A stretch of 64,000 nt of DNA from the human T2T-CHM13v2.0 reference genome, Homo sapiens: NCBI RefSeq assembly GCF_009914755.1, contig NC_060932.1. The stretch is one strand, 5' to 3'. Below are positions 1-13,013 of this stretch, in pieces. Positions within the stretch are counted from its first letter, which is position 1. Every line of letters starts with the position of its first letter. The notes beneath the pieces are model-generated. The model ran no database searches. It saw only the letters and a list, made by a program, of their open reading frames with translations, and had not been told where the DNA came from. The position numbers were made by a program, and so were the translations under genes.

Positions 1-3000
1 AGGAGCTCTAACATGCCCCAACTTTGTCTTGACTTTTGAGGCATTCTGCCCTTTCCTTCAGTGAGGAGTTGAGACAGAGAGGCTGTAGACAGGAACGGCA
101 GGGGTCTGGGCTTGGCTACATTGCCTCTGACTGGCACTTGCTCCACTACACTTCTTCACAGCCACACGTGAGACCTTAGAGGGATCATCAAGGTCATTGC
201 TCATCCCCACAGGAAAACCAGCCTTGGAAAATAAATAAACGACCATGGACTTGTTTGATGGGCCAAAGACAATAAAGGGGCTGATGTTTGACAAAACAGT
301 AAAGACACCAACCAGTTAGCGCCCCAAACAATGCAAGTTATCTAGAAAGGGAAGAAAGCCTTGGCATGATTAATTAGCACCTGGAATACAAATTCACATG
401 AGAATGAGGAGAAGACACATAAAGTAATAAATGCATTGTGAAATCCAGATCTTGAGCTTAGTCTTGATATTTTTTAAAAAGTCAATTATTTTCAGCAATG
501 CCTGAAAATCATGTTGTTTAACGAAGTAAGAAGAAGACTTTTGGGGTAGAGAACTGTGTGGTGCACACATCCTGAGATGATAAGTTTCTGATGTCAAGCC
601 CCAGGCTTCCAACAAGACAAGACAGACATGAGGCAGCTTGTTTATATCTCAGTGAGGGAGGGAAGAGGAGGGCACAGGAGAACATTCCAGGGAGAAAAGA
701 CACAGAAGCTGCTAGAAGATGGATGCACAGCTGATAAACCCCCTAAGGAGAGACAGGGAGAAGACAGCCATTACGTTAAGTTCTGTTATAGAGACAGGTA
801 AGTCACAGATCTTTTCATCTATCTGGCTTGGTTTGGGTTCCTTCTACGGTGTGTGTACGTCTGTTTTCTGTTTGTAATTTACTCTGAAGTGAAGCCTTCC
901 TGCAGGCCATGTTTCTCATCTGTAAGGCATGGCTTCTCTGGGTCTGATGGAAGGGCCTGCAGTGCTTGGTGAGTTCTCTCAATCCCACTGGGCAGGATTC
1001 CCACATCTCCCAGCCCTGCCTCTGTTCAGCTGTCAGCTGCGGAGGCCTTCTCTTGCAGAATGTGGAGTTTGAGCCTGCACATGCCCAGCCAGCCCTGAAA
1101 CAAGGGCATGGACATGGAGAACCCATGCGGATGTCTGCCCTCACCTACCATGTGACCACAGGTGCCGCCTGCCTGCCTCTGCAGCTGCAACTCTGCTCTG
1201 AACTGGGCTCCAGGGCTCAGTGAGGCTGTGGCTCTTCCTGCTGCTTCACTCCCCACCATCCTTTGCTGTGGCCAGGAGGAAGAAAGCCATGGTGATGTTG
1301 GGGTGACGGTGGGCTCACTGTGTGTGTCTCTTGCCTATGTCCACTGTTCTATATCACCTGCTGATTGATGCTGGAGGGTTAGTCCAGTACCAGTGACCAT
1401 GCCACAGTGGAAAGCAAAATGCCACATATGCACAGACCACATTGTAGAGGCTGATGAGCACTTCCCGTGGTGGTTCTAAATAAGAGAGTGCATAAAGGGG
1501 CAAGTGCTTTGTTTCCCAGGGAGCGCAGGGCTGTAGAGGCACCATCTCTGATATTTGCCTGGGATACACCAAGCCAGGACCACATTATCCCTGTGTGGTG
1601 GGGGCAGTACAGGGCCAGGCCCTCTCTCCAGGGCCCACTGAGGCAGGCACAGGAGCAGCACACCTGCATTACAGACCCAGTGACTCCAAGAACAAGTGGA
1701 GCTAAGCACACAGCCCCTGTCTTCTGGCCGCTGCTCCCAAGGCTGTGCCCCCTCCCTCACCACTCTCCATACACCTGGATCCACCTGGATTAATCTCCAA
1801 TCAGCCAAGCCTAGAACTGACACTTATAACACCTTATGATATGAAGCCCTTTATGACTTTGGAAGGATTAATCCATTTGTAGCCCCTCTGAGAAGTACAG
1901 CATCCTACAAATTAAAGAAAATAAAGCTCATAGAAGGGGGGTGGCCGGTAGAAAGTCACCAGCCAAATATGGAGCAGAGCCAGGCCCATGGCTCTGCAGG
2001 GATCTCAGCTGCTGAGTGAATGGCTGGGGAGAGGCTGGGCACTTCTAAAACCCAGGCCTCTCCTTTTGCTGGGCGCTCCATCAGCCTTTCCTGTGGTGCT
2101 GCCAGCCCTGGACTCTCTCGGTCCCCTGGACCCAGATTCATGTCTCCAAGTGTCCATCTCTGGGGCTATTTTTGTGGCCTGGAGTTTTGCTCCTTGGAGA
2201 TGGCCACACATGACTCTTCTATCTGGGTTATAAACTAATGAGAGCAGTAGAGGCCATTTATCATTTTAATGGGGTCTTCACATTCAGATATTAGGGCCTC
2301 TAATTTATTGGAGCTTTAGAGTAAAATACTAAGGAAATCACTACCTCCTGCAACCAAGAGGTTCTGTGAGGGCTTTTCGTGTCACCCACAGAGAGATCCT
2401 GAGACATATGAGACCCCCTCCCTTCTCCCAGCCTCACTCCCCACGGAGGCAGCTCCTCCTGCCTGGGCTGGGCCTGGCCTGGCCTCCCATTCTGTGTCAA
2501 GTTCTGCCTCTCACCACCCACTCAGCACAAGCCCAATAGTTGTGGGGTTCTGATTCCTCCACAGCAGGCTCTGGGGCCTGGCTGCACACTGCCCTCGCCA
2601 CCTCCTTCCCACCTGCTGATGCTTGAGCCTTCCCTCACTGCCACATTCCACAGCTAAGGTCCCACCACGTCAGCTGTGCCATCTCCCCAGTAGGGTGCCC
2701 ACCAGGATCTGCCTTCCAGCTGCTCACAGGACAACAGGGGAAACCTTCTGGAGCAGCACAGAGGGGCCCAGAGCCCCAGGTGTTGCAAGGGCAGCAGCTT
2801 CTCTGGCCAGGGTGTGTCTACGTGCCGTCCTGGGCCTCCTGTATCTTAAGAGAGTGCCTGCTCATAGACGGTACCTGACAAAAGAGCACTGGGCAAGGGC
2901 CCTGGAGACATCCTGTGTCAGGCCAGCCACATACGGGACATGGCCCTCTTCTGAACTGTAGGTCACTTGTCACTGTGAGCCTCGGTTCTTCACTGGGATG

Positions 3001-3798
3001 CCTGACTCATTGTCACTTACAATGGGCATGTGAGTGTCGCCTGAGTGTCACTCAGCTCTCCCCCACTTGTCCCAGGAAGAGTCCCCCTGGATGCTCCCTA
3101 TCTCCACAGACCCCTGCTGTGATAGCCCTAGGCCTGGAAAGACTATCCCTGCAGCCCCAGGACCAGCCAACTCATCCACACTTTCCTGTGGGCCACCATC
3201 CCCCAGGTGCCAAATCAGCTGAAGTGAGGACACAGCGGGCAGCACTGAATGATATTCCCTTCTACCATGGACCTCATAGTGCTGCCTCTATATGGCCCAA
3301 AGCCTTCTGTGGCCTCAGCTTTTTGACACCCACAGTGATCCTGCCTGCTATCCTTGTCCACACTTTCACAGGTGAGGGAGCCTGAGACTATGCGAGGGGA
3401 AGGACCTCCCCAGAGCCTCACAGACAGTGGGTGATGGAAAGAGACTGGCACCGGGCAGTGTGGCCCCAGGGTGAGAGCCCTGCCCTGCTCTCCTGGATAC
3501 AACAGCCCTTCAGCCTGACTGCTCCCAGAGCCCACAGGCCTGGCCTGGCCCCATGCTCCCCCTGGCAGCTGGCTGCCCTTGCACCTGCTACTTAGGGTGA
3601 AAGTTGGCTTCACCCCACCTTTGAGAGGGTCTTAAGTATGTTTTGCCCCCTCAGATTCTCATCCCTCAGGCCTCACCACAGACAAAGACCCACAGCCTAG
3701 GCCCCATTTCCCATCCCTGTAACTGGCCCTTCCGAAGGAGAGTTTCCATGCAGAGGTCGCTCCTGGAGCTCAGCAGGACTTAGAGCCGGTGGCATCAG

Positions 3799-4201
3799 CA
3801 CCAAGGAGTCCCTCCTTGACCAACTGTAGTCCAGCTCCTCTAATCCCTATTCTTGACTAAGCCTGAACTTGGGCTTCTGTAGATTCCTGCTAAATCAGTT
3901 TAGTGAGGAAGCCCCCTTCCCAACCTTGATAATCTGGCTCCTTGGCTTGTTTTTAGAAAGACACTTTTGTAGCCCAGTTTAATAAGAACCCCCCTTACCT
4001 TGATACCTCATCAAGTTCCTCTTAGTGACTGTCCATCCGCTGACCCTCTGCTCATTGTCCATAAACACTCCACTCACTGTCCATGCTGCCTCCAGAGCTG
4101 AGCTCAACTCTGTACTGAGGGTCGTAGCCTAATGCAGGAGTTCCAATAACATCTGTCTTGCTGGTTTTCACAAGTGTCCGGAGCAGATTTTTTCTTTTAC
4201 A
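3799..4201 (+). mobile_element. Old ERV1-class solo LTR, MER31/MER67-like
   Basis: Starts with 'gagtccctccttgaccaactgtagtccagctcctc', contains 'ctgctaaatcagtttag' and 'agaacccccc..accttgata', and ends 'ttttcttttaca'. Resembles the recalled MER31 consensus. Confidence 0.55.
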
Positions 4202-5111
4202 TATGTCAACATCAGGATGAGAGACACACACAGTAGCAGGGGTCCTGTCCTCACATCGTTCTTTCCAGACTAAAAAACAAAACAATTTTTTCAACCCTTT
4301 AAGCATTAAATATATACATGAAAATGTATGCATATGGGTAAAATGTGGTATATTTTATGAGTTGAATACATCTGCTCATGCAGATCAAGAATCCAAATGA
4401 GACCAGCACCCTCCCTTTTAATGATGAGTTTCCTCAGAGCCCAGCCTCAAATCATACCTCAAAGTGGAAGAAGGACCCTAAATAGGCACCTACTGCTCAG
4501 ATTCAACAAGTTCCAGCTGTAACTTTCCTTCGCCACATTTACCCTAGCCCTGCTTGGGCTGAGGGGTCTCTACTGTACATGAGTAAATTATTATATTACA
4601 AACATAACATGCCAAGGGCAAGAAATATGAGGACAACTTTACAAATGATTCAAATGCTGCCTTGTGATTTTCTCTTAAACCATAAACACTTCTTCTTGTT
4701 AATTAAAATTCTGGCATTCCTGAGTAGACTGTAAGAGCTGTGAGGAAAATTAAAAACAATTGTGGTTATCCCCATAGATTGAGCTCTCATCCTGTGTCAG
4801 GGACTGGTGTAGTGACAACATCTATTAAGCATTCCGTTCTTATAGCCACTGTGTAAGGTGAGTATTTAATAAGAGGTTCTGAGGTGCCACATTGACAACC
4901 AAGAGGGGTCTGCATAACCTCTGAGAGCAGGACTGACCACAGAACCCTGCCATATTGAAGGTGCGACCCCACAAAGACAGGGTGCTCTCCTGAAAGCCTT
5001 GCTGTCTGACCAAGGCCAAGCCCAGCCCTCTGCCAGATGAGGGTGTTCACAGCCCCCTGCTTCTTCTCTGAAAGATGTCACACTCTTTAATATAGATATG
5101 GGTGAGGGTCT

Positions 5112-5451
5112 CTAGAATCTGAATGATTGTATCTTCCTAAAATTCATATCTTGAAATCCTCACCCCAAAAGTGATGGTATTAGGAAGTGGGGCTCATGAA
5201 GTCATAAAGAAAGAGCCCTCAAGAATAGGATTGGTGCCTTTATAAAAGAGGCTCAGAGGCCCTTGCCCTTCCCACCACACAGACACAGTGGAGGCACCAT
5301 CTAAGAATGAGGAAGAGAGCCCTCACCAGGCACCAAACCCCCTGGTGCCCTGATCTTGGGCTTCCAGCCTCCAGAACTGTGAGAAATCAATGCCTGCTAT
5401 TTGTAAGCCACATAACCTATAATCTGTACAGCAGCCTGACTGGACTAAGAC
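5112..5451 (+). mobile_element. MaLR solo LTR, MLT1A-like
   Basis: Typical MLT1 motifs: 'aaattcatatcttgaaatcct', 'cttccagcctccagaactgtgagaaat', ending 'gactaagaca'. Confidence 0.8.
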
Positions 5452-6260
5452 ACATGGGTGAATGTCTCCTGCTACACTTCATGATTTACTCTATGACAAA
5501 AAGATCCCTAAATCTAGAAAATCTCTTACAACCATTAATATTTTCTCCTCCTGGAAATAACAAAATGCATCAAGCCTATCCCATGAAAGCAGCAAAGATC
5601 TCCCTGCTCCTCTGTATTCCTGCAGCCTCTGTGGGGGAATCAGCCCCAGCTCACTCCTGAGTGTCCCCTCAGACAGACCAGGCCTGCCGCTCACCTCCAA
5701 GCAGAAGTTGTGAGCCTTGGTGTGCTCCCTCCTCACAACCTAGCGTGGAAACCCCACTGTAATTTTAAGTCCATGAAAGGCAGAGCTATGTGGGCTTCTC
5801 TGAAGGCCCAGAAGCTGTCTTAGGGTCCCATCAGCTTCCACCAATCCGTGGCTCCCTACTGACCACCCCACACTCATGCACACAACTTAGCTGCAGATAA
5901 AACCAGCAGACACAATCTCACTAATGTGGGGATTTTCTTAATTTAGAATTTTTATTCTTTCAAAGTCTATCTTTATCTTTTCATTTGTGTTTTAAAAAGA
6001 TTTGCTAAGCAAATTAAGAGAATAAATGAGATTTAGTAAAAATGCTTGAACTGTTTAAAAGAACAAACATATTAAGCTCCTTAGGCATATAGTTTTACAT
6101 TATAAAAACCCCTCAGTCTTAACCAAGCATTAAAACAGGTCCTCCAGAGACCTTACTAGATAATAATAATCCCCCTGAACCTACGGTTCCAAGCAGACTG
6201 TGCAGTCAGCCGGCCATGCTCCCCAGGCCCCATGAGGCCAAAGCAGCCCTGAGCTCCTTC

Positions 6261-6313
6261 CTCAGCCTCCCAAAGTGCTGGTATTACAGGTGTGAACCAC
6301 CATGCTTCAGCCT
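6261..6313 (-). mobile_element. Alu 5'-end fragment (~50 bp)
   Basis: 'ctcagcctcccaaagtgctggtattacaggtgtgaaccaccatgc' is the reverse complement of the Alu 5' end. Confidence 0.8.
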
Positions 6314-8181
6314 TTCTTTAATTTTTAAGTAAGATTTTCTTTATTTCTTTGAAAAAATATAGATAGCTAATTGCTTTGAAGTCTCTTTCCTTTAAGTTCA
6401 CCATCTGGGTCCTTTAAAGGCAATTTCTATCACTTGCTTATTTTCATGTGTATAAGTCACACTTTCTTTTTTCTTGACATGTCTCTCATGTTTTGCTGTT
6501 CAAAATTGGACATTTTAGATAATATAGTATAACAACTCTGAATATGGAGTCTACATCCCCCAAGGGTGTGGCATTGTTTTTGCTTCATTGCTTGCTCATT
6601 TGCCTGGAGATTTGGCTGAACCAATTCTAAGAGGTCTGTTCCCTCTGCAGTGTGTAGCATTTGATCTTTCTGAGAGAGAGAGAGAGAGAGAGATAGATAG
6701 AGAAGATGCAAGTCCTCTCCTTTGAGTGGTCCATTCATGTCAGAGAGCTACAGGAAGTACATAGGGCCCTGGTGAGCTCAGGGCCCATCTGTATGAGCAC
6801 TAGGGTTTTATTTTTATCTTTTAACCTGGGTTTCTAGAGGTCAATTCTGGGTCAACAAAAGCCACTTATAGGTCAAATGTTGTGCTTAGGTCCACTTAGT
6901 TACATGTTTACCTTTTATTGTTAGATGTGTGTGTGTGGCTTAGAAACTCTAATTACAATACAGGGAGTTTATTTTTTGCTCCATTTTTTTCCCAGTGACT
7001 AGAAGCTTGGAGGTTCTTTCTCTAATTGCCTCTGAGAGGCAAAGCCTTGAACCTGCTCACTGTCTTCCAGACTTCTAGGGGGGCACTGAGAAGTTATTTT
7101 TAATGTGGCTTTCTGTTCACTTTGTGTTTAGCCAGGGGTTGTGCTGGGTGGCTTTGCCGGTGTGTTGCTGGGTCTGTGTGCAGCACGGGGAGTGCTTTCT
7201 TGCTTCTAATGCATCCTGCTGTGATCACTCCTGTGTTGGTGCTACCTAGACCACGCACACAGCATTCACACCCCAGAGTTCACTGTTGTTTCAGGGGGGC
7301 TCTTCTTATCCGTCTCTTTTCCTAGTTCTCTGTTAAAAATCTGGCTTCTCTGCTGTTTTACTTGTATCAAAGCTCCCAGCCTTATCATTGCTCTCCCCAG
7401 TGGAACCATTGCCTGTTCTAGTGCCCTCAGGCATTGAGCCCCTCACTTTCAGTCCCTTCAGGAACAGCTGCTGAGCTTTTCATCCTCATGCACTGCCTTT
7501 CTCCTTGGGCAGATCCCCTGCATCCTTGCATTGGAGTTGGTGGTAGAGAAATGGCTTTCTTGGATTGGCACCGCTGCTCTATGAGGGGGTGCTGTTGGAG
7601 TGATTGGCAGCCCCTGGTCTTCTTGATGTGCTCTTACTGGTATGGAATTCCCATCGTGTGAGTGAGCTTAGGTGAGGCCAGTAGGAACCTATTACTCCCA
7701 GACTGCCATGCCTGGGATAGAGTTTCTGCCTCAGAGTGGGGGCTGATTTAGGGAAAAAGAGGACCAGTCCTCTCTCCCATACCTACCTGGAATACAGTTT
7801 CTGCAACACAAAGCCAGGGGAATGAGAAACTCCTGCAGCCTCCCCTTCCAGTGTAAAACTGTAGTCCTAGACTCTGGGCTGGGGAGAAAGAGCCCTCATT
7901 TTCTGGGCTGCACATGCCCAGAGCAGAGGTTCTGTAACCTGGGTTCACGGTGTGGATAATGGGGTCTCGGCTCAAATGCCACAGACTCTCACTGTACACC
8001 AAGGTTTGGTGGATTTTCTTAAATGCATTTTCTCCATTTCCTCTAGGTCCCTAGGACAATTTCCAGAGATGTTGAATGATTGTGTTTTTGTCTGTTTTGT
8101 TTGTTTTAAATAATTTTCACCAGTTACACTGTTTTGCTGGGCAAAGGGCCTGCCAAACTCTATTCTGTCATTCAGAAGTCC
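6314..8181 (-). mobile_element. Ancient L1M (L1MC/MD/ME-like) 5'UTR/ORF1 region
   Basis: T-rich strand with L1M-type motifs ('gctttgaagtct', 'aaattggacattttagataatatag'), ending 'ttttcaccagtt...ctgtcattcagaagtc' like L1M 5' termini. Highly diverged. Confidence 0.5.
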
Positions 8182-8877
8182 TGACTTCTCCTACTGAGTT
8201 TTGGGGTAGTTTCTTGAATATCAATATTCTCTTAGCTAATTGGTGGAAGCACTGATGCTGATAAGTGAGTCATGGCTTTCTGGAATGCTTGCTGAGAAAA
8301 TGCCTGACAGGATCCAGGAGGGAAGTTGGCTGAGAAGGATTGGTGCTATCGGCCATAAGTGCAGCAGGAGAGGTTGTTGTGGATTCACTATCCTGGTGCA
8401 CAGGAAAGGTAAGGGCACAAACTTGACACCTCTTAAACACAAGATTCACTTTTCTAAAATTATGATTTTATTTTCCGGTTTAAAGAAAATTATAATGCAA
8501 ACAATTTGGAATTGGGAGAGACAAAAAGTAAAATAATATCTTCCAAATGATTTCCAGAAATAAACAATAGTTACAAACTAAAACTTCTGAAGCATGCTTC
8601 TGACTTAAAAATCTCTGGTTCTCTGTCTTCAATTCTGCATTGACAGCATCAACAGCACCAATTGTGGGTTGAAGACCATGGTCACCAGGCTATGGGCTTG
8701 TGGGACATGGATGCTGTAAAGACACTAGAGTGCGGCATTTCTTTTGAGAAATTGAAACAGACCATCTCTTATTTCTTCATCTTCAGAGCATATTTTATGT
8801 TTCACTTAAATACCACTTTCTGGCTTATCCTAGTGGAAGATTTTCCCTACTGCTCACAATAGATGAGATGGGATTAC

Positions 8878-9352
<475 letters not shown>

Positions 9353-9553
9353 CAGACAGAAAGGAAGGAAGGCAGGCAGGCAGGCAGGCAAGAAGGAAGG
9401 AAAGAAAGGGAAGAAGGAAGGAAGGAAGGAAAGAAATGGAAGAAGGAAGGAAGGAAGGAGAGAGAAAGGAAGGAAAGAAGAAAAAGAAAGAGGAAGAAAA
9501 GAAAGAAAGAAAGAAGAAAGAAAGGAAGAAAGGAAAGAAAGAAGAAAGAAGAA
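9353..9553 (+). repeat. Purine-rich microsatellite (GGAA/GGCA/GAAA)n derived from an Alu tail
   Basis: About 200 bp almost entirely A/G, directly after the Alu end. Confidence 0.95.
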
Positions 9554-9554
9554 C

Positions 9555-9670
9555 AGTTCAGATCCTGCTCCCAGAGATTCTGATTTTATTGGTTCTGGAA
9601 TGACCCAGGGATCTTTATTCATTAAATACACCTCAGTTGATTCTAATATCGCTGATTTAAAGATCAGTCT
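9555..9670. mobile_element. MER5A-like hAT-Charlie MITE fragment
   Basis: 'cccagagattctgattttattggttctgg' and 'cctcagttgattctaat' resemble the MER5A core. Confidence 0.6.
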
Positions 9671-9762
9671 TACTGTGAGAAACATTAATCTAGTATTGCA
9701 GATGTTTTCCCATTTAACATGTCATTTGAATCTCACAGGATCCTGGAGACAGAGAGAGAGAA

Positions 9763-9995
9763 AAGTCAAATTCATAGAAACAGAGGGTAGAATGATAGTT
9801 TCCAGGGACTTGGAGGAGTGGGAGATGGGGAGTTATTGTTTAATAGGTAGAGTTTCAGTTTGGGAAAATGAAAAGATTCTGGAGCTGGATGGTGGTGATG
9901 GTTGCACAACAGTGTATTTACTGCCATTGAACTGTAGGTTTAAAATGTTTATGATGATAAATTTTATGTTTTGTATATTTTACATTTTTTAAAAG
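9763..9995 (+). mobile_element. L1MB 3'-end fragment
   Basis: 'aaattcatagaaacagagggtagaatg...ggtggtgatggttgcacaaca...aattttatgttttgtatatttta'. Confidence 0.8.
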
Positions 9996-10539
9996 AAACT
10001 TTCTCTGCCAGGAAGCCAAATAAATAGAAAAGATTCCAGGTATGAGAAGAACTTACCCTAAGGTGAAATATTAAACCAAAAGGCACAACACAGAGTAAGA
10101 AGTGTGTTTGGAGAAGTAAAGAAAACATTCCTAGCTTGGAAAGATCAAGGAAGGACTGCTGAGTGATACCTTTCTAAAAACTGTAACAGGAAAGATGGAA
10201 TAAAGGGAGTTGGGCTGTAAGTTTTTGTTTTCATTTCTTAAGATTTCATGAAGAAAAGTTTTGAGCAGATGGTTTTCACTTTCTTTGTGGGGTTGGATCC
10301 AGTCCATCAGTGGAGGGTGCTGGGGGCTGGGGTGGAGGTGTGGTGAAGGGATATACTTAGCTGTGCTAAGGATGAGAAAGTTGACCATAGGAACAAGGAT
10401 GCAAGTCAGAGGCCCTCATACAGATTGAATCTTGCCTGTTTTTATACCTTCTCTCAAGATAAGAGGAATATTTACATTGTTCAACTGTATTTTTATCAAA
10501 TAAATTACATTTACATTGTTTAATGACTAAAAACTAAAA

Positions 10540-11987
10540 GGCAGGTCTGTCCAAGATGGCCAAATAGGAACAGCTCCAGTCTACAGCTCCCAGCATGAGC
10601 AAAGCAAAAGACAGGTGATTTCTGCATTTCCAACTGAGATACCGGGTTCATCTCACTGGGGCTTGTTGGACAGTGGGGGCAGGAGAGTGGGTGCAGCCCA
10701 CAAAGTGTGAGCCAAAGCAGGGCGAGGCATCACCTCACCCGGGAAGTGCAAGGGTCAGGGAATTCCCTTTCCTAGCCAAGAGAAGGGGTGACTGATGGCA
10801 CTGGGAAAATCAGGTCACTCCCACCCTAATACTGCACTTTTCCAACAGTCTTAGCAAATGGCACACCAGGAGATTTTATCCCGCACATGGCTCAGGGGGT
10901 CCCACACCCACGGAGCCTCACTAATTGCTACCGCAGCAGTCTGAGATTGAACTGCCAGGTGGCAGTGAGGCTGGGGGAGTGGCACTCACCATTGCTGAGG
11001 CTTGAGTAGGTAAACAAAGTGGCCAGGAAACTCCAACTGGGTGGAGCCCACCACAGCTCAAGGAGGTCTGCCTGCCTCTGCGGACTCCACCTCTGGGGGC
11101 AGGGCATAGCTGAACAAAAGGCAGCAGAAACCTCTGCCGGCTTAAATGTCCCTGTCTGACAGCTGTGAAGAGAGTAGTGGTTCTCCCAGCACAGAGCTTG
11201 AGATCTGAGAGTGAAGAGATTGCCTCCTCAAGTGGGTCCCAACCCCTCAGTAGCCTAACTGGGAGGCACCCCCCAGTAGGGGCAGACTGACACCTCACAC
11301 AGCCAGGTACCCCTCTGAGATGAAGCTTCCAGAGGAATGATCAGGCAGCAACATTTGCTCTTCACCAATATTCGCTGTTCTGCAGCCTCCGCTGCTGATA
11401 CCCAGGCAAACAGGGTCTGGAGTGGACCTCCAGCAAACTCCAACAGACCTGCACCTGAGGGTCCTGACTGTTAGAAGGAAAACTAACAAACAGAAAGGAC
11501 ATCCACACCAAAACCCCATCTGTACATCACCATCATCAAAGACCAAAGGTAGATAAAACCACAAAGATGGGGAAAAAACAGAGCAGAAAATCTGAAAATT
11601 CTAAAAATCAGAGCACCTCTCCCCCTCCAAAGGAAGGCAGTTCCTCACCAGCAATGGAACAAAGATGGATGGAGAATGACTTTGATGAGTTGAGAGAAGA
11701 AGGCTTCAGACGATCAAACTACTCCGAGCTAAAGGAGGAAGTTCAAACCCAATGCAAAGAAGCTAAAAACCTTGAAAAAAGATTAGATGAATGGCTAACT
11801 AGAATAACCAGTGTAGGGAAGTCCTTAAATGACCTGATGGAGCTGAAAACTGTGGCACAAGAACTACGTGACGAATGCACAAGCTTCAGTAGCTGATTCA
11901 ATCAACTGGAAGAAAGGGTATCAGTGATTGAAGATCAAATGAATGAAATGAAGCAAGAAGAGAAGTTTAGAGGAAAAAGAGTAAAAA
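10540..11987 (+). mobile_element. L1PA (about PA4-PA6) 5'UTR plus the first ~420 bp of ORF1, 3'-truncated
   Basis: 5' end 'ccaagatggccaaataggaacagctccagtctacagctccc'; ~1027-nt UTR; ORF 11567-11896 MGKKQSRKSENSKNQS... is the ORF1p N-terminus with a premature stop. Ends at 'agagtaaaaa'. Confidence 0.95.
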
Positions 11988-13013
11988 GGACAGAGCCAAG
12001 ATGGCCAAATAGGAACAACTCCAGTCTACAGCTCCCAGCGTGAGCAACGCAGAAGACGGGTGATTTCTGCATTTCCAACTGAGGTACTGGGTTCATCTCA
12101 TAGGGGAGTGCCAGACAGTGGGTGCAGGACAGTGGGTGCAGTGCACTGTGTGTGAGCCGAAGCAGGGCGAGGCATCACCTCATCCCAGAAGTGCAAGGGG
12201 TCAGGGAATTCCCTTTCCTAATCAAAGAAAGGGGTGACAGACAGCACCTGGAAAATTGGGTCACTCCCACCCTAATACCGCACTTTTCCAATGGGCCTAA
12301 CAAACGGCACACCAGAAGATTATATCCTGCACCTGGCTTGGAGGGTCCTACGCTGATGGAGCCTCACTCATTGCTAGCACAGCAGTCTGAGATCAAACTG
12401 CAAGGCGGCAGCGAGGCTGAGGGAGGGGTGCCCGCCCTTGCCTAGGCTTGAGTGGGTAAACAAAGTGGCCAGGAAGCTCAAACTGAGTGGAGCCCACCAC
12501 AGCCCTAGGAGGCCTGCCTGCCTCTGTAGGCTCCACCTCTGGGGGCAGGGCACAGACAAACAAAAGACAGAAGTAACCTCTGCAGACTTAAATGTCCCTG
12601 TCTGACAGTTGTGAAGAGAATAGTGGTTCTCCCAGCACACAGCTTGAGATCTGAGAATGGGCAGACTGCCTCCTCAAGTGGTTCCCTGAGCCCCGAGTAG
12701 CCTAACTAGGAGGCACCCCCCAGTAGGGACAGACTGACACCTCACACGTCCAGGTACCCCTCTGAGACAAAACTTCCAGAGGAACGATCAGGCAGCAGCA
12801 TTTGCAGTTCACCAATATCCGCTGTTCTACAGCCACCGCTGCTGATACCCAGGCAAACAGGGTCTGGAGTGGACCTCCAGCCAACTCCAACAGACCTGCA
12901 GCTAAGGGTCCTGACTGTTAGAAGGAAAACTAACAAACAGAAAGGACATCCACACCAAAAACCCATCTGTAAGTCACCATCATCAAAGACCAAAGGTGGA
13001 TAAAACCACAAAG

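Noticed and set aside
58-3613. Dense overlapping short ORFs in the GC-rich left end
   Set aside because: No recognisable domains, they occur in all frames on both strands, and they are expected by chance in GC-rich DNA.
6764-6786. Hairpin GGGCCCTG-N7-CAGGGCCC
   Set aside because: An 8-bp stem inside old L1 sequence is expected by chance in 64 kb.
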